From Anaerolineae bacterium (lineage in GTDB: Bacteria > Chloroflexota > Anaerolineae > S140-20), in assembly GCA_027021705.1 (NCBI GenBank), contig JALUTT010000147.1:1-25196 (forward strand): a stretch of 25,196 bases of DNA, written 5' to 3'. The translations under genes were made by a program, and so were the position numbers. Shown in pieces: positions 19,701 to 25,196 of the stretch (position 1 is its first letter; each line of letters starts with the position of its first letter). Below the pieces are notes generated by a model that did no database searches, was not told the origin of the DNA, and was given only the letters and a program-made list of their open reading frames with translations.

Positions 19701-20167
19701 TTCTCGGCCAGCCAGCGGAGGAAGTCGGGGTCGTTCCAGTCCATCCAGTAGCCCAGCCGGATGGACTGCTCGGTCTGGATGGCGGCGTAGCGCAGGACCC
19801 GCTCCTTGCAGCGCTTGACGAACTCGGCCAGGCCGTAGGCCTCGATCTCCCGCTTGGAGCGAAAGCCCATATCCTTCTCCACCTCGACCTCAACCCACAG
19901 CCCTTGGCAGTCGAAGCCGTTCTGGTAGCGGGTGCGATACCCCCGCATCGCCTTGTAGCGATGGTAGAAGTCCTTGTAGGTGCGGCCCCACCCGTGGTGG
20001 ACGCCCATCGGGTTGTTGGCGGTGATGGGGCCGTCAATGAAGGACCACCGAGGGCCGTCCTTGCGCAACTCCACCAGCTTCTGAAAAGCCCGGCTCTCCT
20101 TCCAGAAAGCCAAGACCTCGTGCTCTTGGGCGATGAAATCCACAGGATTGGGCACCGGTTTGAACAT
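16781..20167 (-). CDS. ileS: Isoleucyl-tRNA synthetase, type 2, with non-canonical signature motifs
   Basis: FIDGPITANNPMGVHH, GFDCQGL, WTTTPWTL, GTGIVHSAP, DWMISKKRYWG, GQFRNWFYSL, EMHKSWGN, NWYVRRSRRRFW, KVRQPL type-2 C-terminus. Confidence 0.96.
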   Translation of the reverse strand: MFKPVPNPVDFIAQEHEVLAFWKESRAFQKLVELRKDGPRWSFIDGPITANNPMGVHHGWGRTYKDFYHRYKAMRGYRTRYQNGFDCQGLWVEVEVEKDMGFRSKREIEAYGLAEFVKRCKERVLRYAAIQTEQSIRLGYWMDWNDPDFLRWLAEKMHEDDQQVITIQGTEGPVTGTVEQIVGELGMPHIGGSYFTFSNENNYMIWTFLKRCWERGWLYKGTDVMPWCPRCATGISQHEIVTEGYRELTHPGVTLRFPLRGREKESLLVWTTTPWTLTSNVAAAVGPDLTYVRVRQGDEIFYLSRGTLPMLRGEYEVLGELRGEEMVGWTYDGPFDELPAQQEAGGPAAHRIIPWDEVSEEEGTGIVHSAPGCGAEDFQLSKEHGLPAIAPLNDEGIFVEGFGWLTGMSVDEVAEPIFRDLERKGLLYHVEDYTHRYPVCWRCGTELVFRLVDEWFISMGPVYDKPREELTEEEKARSLRYQIMDVVDQIRWIPEFGHAREMDWLRNMHDWMISKKRYWGLALPIYECQACGHVHVVGDEHELRERAVEGWETFEGHTPHRPYVDAVKIACPNCGAPVSRIPDVGNPWLDAGIVPFSTLRYRTDPDYWRTWYPADWISESFPGQFRNWFYSLLAMATVMDNSPPFLTCFGYATLLGEDGREMHKSWGNAIEFNEAADRMGVDVMRWLYLRQKPEQDLLFGYHRADEVRRQFLIPLWNVYSFFVTYANIDGWEPSPELVRSGPRAASFRGSALDRWILARLHQVIARVTDRLDEYDAYGATMAIEPFLDDLTNWYVRRSRRRFWAKAGLSEASDADKNAAYTTLYHVLTTLTRLLAPFVPFVTEVIYQNLVRSVDPEAPESVHHTRWPEADGAWVDRALLDRMALVRQVVTLGHSARAGAGIKVRQPLARAVVHGAEALREDGEMLRLIADELNVKEVAFVAQERDLVTYRLLPDNRKLGPKFGPRFPQVRAALAAIDPSEAVRTLRAGNPLRLTLEGETVELAPDEVLIQTQPRSGLAVAAERGVTVAVETTLTPELEAEGLAREVVRRVQTLRKEAGLNLDDRIVTLYEADDRLAAVIGEWRDYIQGETLSVELVSDAVPAELPAEGAARGEYTVNGHRLVLAIRKA

Positions 20168-20204
20168 CTTCTCCTCCCACGCTCCCAGAGTTCGTTGATC
20201 TCCG

Positions 20205-20317
20205 GTATCTATTCAGCCTACCCTCCCGCAGGTCACCGGTCGAGGGCGCTTTCAGCCCCGATGGGCTATTTGAAGCACGGTTTCGCATCGGAAACGCGCC
20301 TAACCTGCGGGGGGGTG
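20205..20317. mobile_element. Repeat family B copy 2, inverted, one terminus missing
   Basis: Reverse complement of 7730-7851 with a few substitutions; the AACGGTTAC end is absent next to the fic stop codon. Confidence 0.8.
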
Positions 20318-20326
20318 TGAAACCGC

Positions 20327-21094
20327 CTAACGGGGGGACGCCGGCTCCCCGGCCGCTGCCAGCCAGGTGTCCAGAGAGCGCTCCGTCGCCTCGGCCACCA
20401 GTCGGATGAAGGGGTCGGGGTCCCCCGCGTGGGCTGCGTCGAGGGCATCGTAGTAGACGGGACGATCCTCCACCCGGATGATGGCCGGCGGGTATCCCTC
20501 CCGCATCAGGATCAGGTTCATCAGCAGCCGCGCCGTGCGACCGTTGCCGTCGGTGAAAGGATGAATGTGCACCAGCCGGAAGTGGGCCAGCGCTGCCCGC
20601 ACGACCGGATGCAGGGAGGCCGTCTCCTCGGCGTTCAGCCAGGCGACCAATTCGGCCATCAGCCCGGGCACCGCGATGGGCTCCGGCGGTAGGTACTCCG
20701 AGCCGGTGATGCGCACTTGCCCACGGCGGTAACGCCCCGCCTCTTCGTCGTCAATGGTCCGCAGCACCAGGGCGTGGATGCTCCGCAGGGTGTGCTTGGT
20801 GATCGGCTCGTCGCTGCCGGCCAGCGTCTCGACGAATCGGATGGCGTGCTGGTGGTTGATGGCCTCCAGGTGCTCCCGCAGCGACTTGCCCCCTACCGTC
20901 AACCCGTGCTGGAGCACCAACTGGGTCTCCCGCAGGGTCAGGGTGCTCCCCTCGATAGCGTTGGAGTGGTAGGTCCACTCCACCTCGAACTGCTCCCGCA
21001 GCCGGTTCAACACCGAAGGCGACAGAGGGCGCAGGGCGTCCAGCCGAGCCTTCTTGGCGCTTACCCGTTCCAGCACCTGGGCCAGGTCGTCCAC
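20327..21094 (-). CDS. Fic-domain protein, class II-like
   Basis: Canonical HPFTDGNGRTAR; N-terminal inhibitory motif SNAIEG; GKSLREHLEAINH. Confidence 0.92.
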   Translation of the reverse strand: MDDLAQVLERVSAKKARLDALRPLSPSVLNRLREQFEVEWTYHSNAIEGSTLTLRETQLVLQHGLTVGGKSLREHLEAINHQHAIRFVETLAGSDEPITKHTLRSIHALVLRTIDDEEAGRYRRGQVRITGSEYLPPEPIAVPGLMAELVAWLNAEETASLHPVVRAALAHFRLVHIHPFTDGNGRTARLLMNLILMREGYPPAIIRVEDRPVYYDALDAAHAGDPDPFIRLVAEATERSLDTWLAAAGEPASPR

Positions 21095-21099
21095 CCGCC

Positions 21100-21816
21100 T
21101 CAGTCCTCGAGCTCGATGACCAACCGTTTGTTGATCCGCCCCTTGCTCTTGTAGTCCACGATGCGGATGCGCCCCACCTCGGAGGTGTTGGCCACGTGGG
21201 TGCCCCCATCGGCCTGGAGGTCCAGCCCCTCGATCTCCACCGTCCGCACCTGGGTGATCTGCGGCGGCAGGAGGTTGATCTTGGTGCGGATCAGGTCGGG
21301 GATCTGGAAGGCCTCTTCGCGGGGGAGGATGGCGATCTTGACGGGGCGGGCGGCGGCCACCTCGGCGTTGACCTTCTCCTCGATCTCCTGTACCAACTCC
21401 TTGCGCATCCGCTCAAACTCAAAGTCCATCCGGGCTCGGCCCGGCTGCATGTTGCCGCCGGTGACCTGAGCGCCGTAGTCCCGCCAGATGACGCCGGAGA
21501 GGATGTGGAGGGCGGTGTGGGTGCGCATGAGCTTGTAGCGGCGCTCCCAGTCCAGCCGGCCCACGACCCGGGTGCCCACGGGCGGCGGATCCCCGTCCAC
21601 CGTGTGCCAGACGGTGTCGCCCTGCTTCTTGACCCGGGTGACCGGCCAGGTCTGCTCGCCGGCCTGGAGCGTTCCGGTGTCGTGGGGCTGACCGCCGCCG
21701 CCGGGGTAGAAGGCGGTCCGGTCCAGCGCCACGGCCCTCGCCTCCGGGTCCACCGCCGTCACCGTGGCCTCGAACTCGCGCAGATAGCTGTCGGTCTGGT
21801 AGAGCAGGTCGGTCAT
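21100..21816 (-). CDS. AlaX-M-type trans-editing aminoacyl-tRNA deacylase
   Basis: LYQTDSY, TAFYPGGGGQPHDTG, MRTHTALH, ARMDF, QADGGTHV; RBS AGGAGG. Confidence 0.9.
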   Translation of the reverse strand: MTDLLYQTDSYLREFEATVTAVDPEARAVALDRTAFYPGGGGQPHDTGTLQAGEQTWPVTRVKKQGDTVWHTVDGDPPPVGTRVVGRLDWERRYKLMRTHTALHILSGVIWRDYGAQVTGGNMQPGRARMDFEFERMRKELVQEIEEKVNAEVAAARPVKIAILPREEAFQIPDLIRTKINLLPPQITQVRTVEIEGLDLQADGGTHVANTSEVGRIRIVDYKSKGRINKRLVIELED

Positions 21817-21849
21817 CGCTCCTCCTTGCGTCGTAGGCGAGAGGGGGTG

Positions 21850-22165
21850 AAGCAAACCGGCTCCCGTCCCAAAGGGACGAGAGCCGGACAGCGCTCCCGC
21901 GGTACCACCCTTCTTCCCCACAGTGTGGGGCTCTCTGTCGGCGACGCCGGGCTTCCCGGTGCCTGAAGCGGTCGGAGCCCTTGATCACCGCGTCCCGGTA
22001 ACGGGGGACGAGGCCGGCTGCGTCTACTGGGCCGGGGAGCGCCCCCGACCGTTCGGGCAGCGGCTCCGGAGGGATTTTCGACGGGGCTCGCGCGTCCGGC
22101 TCCCACCTTCCCGGACTCTCTGGGGCGCTACCTCCCGCCTACTCGTCTCCATCATCGCCTTTGGC
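21850..22165 (-). promoter_or_regulatory. T-box riboswitch, Ile (AUC) specifier
   Basis: Minus strand: GATGATGGAGACGAGTAG, CAGAGAG, GGTGGGA, GAAA-ATC-C-CTCC (ATC 22075-22073), AGTAG/CCGTTA, T-box AAGGGTGGTACCGCG, 14-bp terminator stem 21857-21887 plus TTTGCTT. Confidence 0.9.
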
Positions 22166-22182
22166 TATGTCAGGTGGGGAGT

Positions 22183-22211
22183 ATTATGCCATAGGGTGCA
22201 CAGCCTGTCAA
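22183..22211 (-). promoter_or_regulatory. Sigma70 promoter for the Ile T-box operon
   Basis: TTGACA(22211-22206), 17 bp, CATAAT(22188-22183) with extended TG. Confidence 0.85.
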
Positions 22212-22224
22212 GCGCCGGAACAGC

Positions 22225-22377
22225 GGTGGTTACCCATATCTTTGGAGATAGGGAGACGAGCCGGCCACGAATGGAGCACGAATACACGAATTAAGGACCG
22301 CCTCATTCGTGCATTTGCGAGAAATTCGTGGACGGCCTGCTATGGACCACTCTCTCGCTCACTTGTGGGTAATCACC
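22225..22377. mobile_element. Repeat family A copy 3, 153 bp
   Basis: GGTGGTTACCCATA...TGTGGGTAATCACC; colinear with the other two copies. Confidence 0.85.
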
Positions 22378-22410
22378 GCACCGAAGCGCTTGCGGGGCAA
22401 TCGTCTCCCA

Positions 22411-24660
22411 TCTGCTCAATCCGTTCTTAAGCGGATTGCTGTCAACGGATTAGGGGAGCGGATTGAACGGAACTGATGCCCCCCCATCCGCTCAATCCGT
22501 TCTCAAATCCGCTGACAGCTATCCGTTCTCAAGCGGATTGCTGTCAACGGATTCGGGGAGCGGATTGCTGTCAACGGATTAGGGGAGCGGATGGAACGGA
22601 ACTGATGTCCCCCCATCCGTTCAATCCGTTCTCAAATCCGCTGACAGCTATCCGTTCTTAAGCGGATTGCTGTCAACGGATTCGGGGAGCGGATTGAACG
22701 GAACTGATGCCTCCCCATCCGCTCAATCCGTTCTCAAATCCGCTGACAGCTATCCGTTCTCAAGCGGATTGCTGTCAACGGATTAGGGGAGCGGATGGAA
22801 CGGAACTGATGTCCCCCCATCCGTTCAATCCGTTCTCAAATCCGCTGACAGCTATCCGTTCTTAAGCGGATTGCTGTCAACGGATTCGGGGAGCGGATTG
22901 AACGGAACTGATGCCTCCCCATCCGTTCAATCCGTTCCTTAAAATCCGCTGACAGCTATCCGTTCTCAAGCGGACTGCTGTCAACGGATTCGGGGAGCGG
23001 ATTGAACGGAACTGATGCCCCCCATCCGTTCAATCCGTTCCTTAAAATCCGCTGACAGCTATCCGTTCTCGAGCGGATTGCTGTCAACGGATTCGGGGAG
23101 CGGATTGAACGGAACTGATGCCTCCCCATCCGTTCAATCCGTTCCTTAAAATCCGCTGACAGCTATCCGTTCTCGAGCGGACTGCCGTCAACGGATTCGG
23201 GGAGCGGATTGAACGGAACTGATGCCCCCCATCCGTTCAATCCGTTCCTTAAAATCCGCTGACAGCTATCCGTTCTCGAGCGGACTGCCGTCAACGGATT
23301 CGGGGAGCGGATTGCTGTCAACGGATTCGGGGAGCGGATTGAACGGAAAGGTGTGCTCCCAAGAAGGCATTCCAACCGACCAGAACCCCTGACGAAGCAC
23401 CGGCACCCCCTCAGGCGAACTTCGACGGACCGCCTACGGAGAGCTGCCGTTCCCTATCCGTTCAATCCGTTCTCAAATCCGCTGACAGCTATCCGTTCTT
23501 AAGCGGATTGCTGTCAACGGATTCGGGGAGCGGATTGAGCGGAACTGATGCCTCCCCATCCGTTCAATCCGTTCCTTAAAATCCGCTGACAGCTATCCGT
23601 TCTCAAGCGGATTGCTGTCAACGGATTCGGGGAGCGGATTGAACGGAAAGGTGTGCTCCCAAGAAGGCATTCCAACCGACCAGAACCCCTGACGAAGCAC
23701 CGGCACCCCCTCAGGCGAACTTCGACGGACCGCCTACGGAGAGCTGCCGTTCCCTATCCGTTCAATCCGTTCTCAAATCCGCTGACAGCTATCCGTTCTT
23801 AAGCGGATTGCTGTCAACGGATTCGGGGAGCGGATTGAGCGGAACGGTCATCCCCCATCCGCTCAATCCGTTCTCAAATCCGCTGACAGCTATCCGTTCT
23901 TAAGCGGATTGCTGTCAACGGATTCGGGGAGCGGATTGAGCGGAACTGATGCCCCCCATCCGTTCAATCCGTTCCTTCAAATCCGTTGACAGCCTCTCAC
24001 CCCAAGGCGGACTGCTGTCAACGGATTCGGGGAGCGGATTGAGCGGAACTGATGCCCCCCATCCGTTCAATCCGTTCCTTCAAATCCGTTGACAGCCTCT
24101 CACCCCAAAGCGGACTGCCGTCAACGGATTCAGGGAGCGGATGGAACGGAACGGTCATCCCCCATCCGCTCAATCCGTTCCTTCAAATCCGTTGACAGCC
24201 TCTCACCCCAAAGCGGACTGCCGTCAACGGATTCAGGGGGCGGATGGAACGGAACGGTCATCCCCCATCCGTTCAATCCGTTCTCAAATCCGCTGACAGC
24301 TATCCGTTCTCAAGCGGACTGCTGTCAACGGATTCGGGGAGCGGATTGAACGGAACTGATGCCCCCCATCCGTTCAATCCGTTCTCAAATCCGCTGACAG
24401 CTATCCGTTCTCAAGCGGACTGCCGTCAACGGATTCGGGGAGCGGATGGAACGGAACTGATGTCCCCCCATCCGTTCAATCCGTTCTCAAATCCGCTGAC
24501 AGCTATCTGTTCTCAAGCGGATTGCTGTCAACGGATTCGGGGAGCGGATGGAACGGAACTGATGCCCCCCATCCGCTCAATCCGTTCCTTCAAATCCGCC
24601 GACAGCTATCCGTTCTCAAGCGGACGGCCGTCAGCGGATCGGGGGAGCGGATTAAGCAGA
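22411..24660. repeat. Tandem array of 19 nested-palindromic ~101-104-bp units plus partial end units
   Basis: Consensus GCGGATTGCTGTCAACGGATTCGGGGAGCGGATTGAACGGAACTGATGCCCCCCATCCGTTCAATCCGTTCTCAAATCCGCTGACAGCTATCCGTTCTCAA; 19 GACAG right arms counted by eye. Confidence 0.95.
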
Positions 24661-25196
24661 CAGGACGATGCTGCGCCGTGAGCTCCAGGCCCGCTCCTTG
24701 GGCCCCACCGGGATGGTGAAGAGCCGCGTGCGCAGGTCTCCCTCGCCCAGCGCGGTCAGGCGCACCTTGTCGCAGCCCGGCGGCCGCTCCACCACCAGCC
24801 AGAAGTGGTACACCCCTAGGATGGGCTTCTCCTTGGCCCGTAGCTCCCAGTAGGGGGCCCGCTCCTCCTCCCCGAAGAAGCCCAGCGTGACCGGTGTCAC
24901 CTGCCCCAGATGGAGGTCGGCGCTCAACTTCCCCGGCGTCGCCTCCACCGGTCCGGCCTTCAGCCCCAGGCCGACCTCCACCCGGACGGCGGTCGGTTTC
25001 CCCTCGTAGAGGCGTTCCGGGTAGAGGGCCAACACCTGGGGCTGGACCCGGCTTCCCGGCGCGAAGAGATAGGCGCGGCACCAGGCGGCGGTGTAGGCCC
25101 ACCCCGCCTCCCGCCCCTCCGGGAGCACGTCAAACTCCATCCCCAGCCGCACCAGGTACAGGTCGCCTCGGGCCAGGGCCCCGGCCGGCGCGCCCT
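24652..25196 (-). CDS. Hypothetical protein, 5' end outside the window
   Basis: Frame stays open from the TAA at 24652 to the window edge; host-like GC-rich codons; no family recognised. Confidence 0.7.
   Translation of the reverse strand, partial: GAPAGALARGDLYLVRLGMEFDVLPEGREAGWAYTAAWCRAYLFAPGSRVQPQVLALYPERLYEGKPTAVRVEVGLGLKAGPVEATPGKLSADLHLGQVTPVTLGFFGEEERAPYWELRAKEKPILGVYHFWLVVERPPGCDKVRLTALGEGDLRTRLFTIPVGPKERAWSSRRSIVLSA

Noticed and set aside
18062..20320. 752-aa plus-strand ORF and similar antisense ORFs (13-1305, 1392-2660, 4837-5907, 7988-9442)
   Set aside because: Shadows of well-supported genes on the opposite strand
21817..21921. N-terminal extension of AlaX in the ORF track
   Set aside because: Overlaps the T-box antiterminator and terminator; a strong RBS supports ATG 21816
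22411..24660. CRISPR array
   Set aside because: Units are ~100 bp, loops are short and recurrent rather than unique spacers, the two long inserts are identical, and no cas gene is visible
22476..24719. Short ORFs inside the array (MPPHPLNPF..., MERNGH...)
   Set aside because: Translations of the repeat; unit lengths vary and break frame; no RBS

Overview
High-GC bacterial chromosome segment, probably Chloroflexota/Anaerolineae (inferred from gene content: mevalonate kinase, TrpB2, EDPR-type MurE, type-2 IleRS). Plus strand: UbiA-family phosphoribosyltransferase, mvk, larE, larC. Minus strand: murE, then a Trp T-box controlling trpS and probably trpB2. A ~1830-aa secreted lamin-tail/OB-fold/phospholipase-D/PKD protein is followed by an AT-richer DUF4258 + YgiT-zinc-finger pair. 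A minus-strand operon under an Ile-specified T-box reads alaX, fic, ileS (GVHH signature), FmdB-type zinc ribbon. The non-coding DNA is the most unusual part. (1) A 2.25-kb tandem array of 19 nested-palindromic ~101-104-bp units with inverted termini; two units carry the same ~107-bp insert in the loop. It is not a CRISPR. (2) Three 153-bp MITE-like copies, each ending 12-13 bp upstream of a sigma70 -35 box. (3) A second ~120-bp element family whose end motif sits 6 nt after a -10 box at two promoters. (4) Intergenic 7-8-mer tandem tracts. No transposase, recombinase or cas gene is recognisable in the window. All counts and alignments were done by eye.
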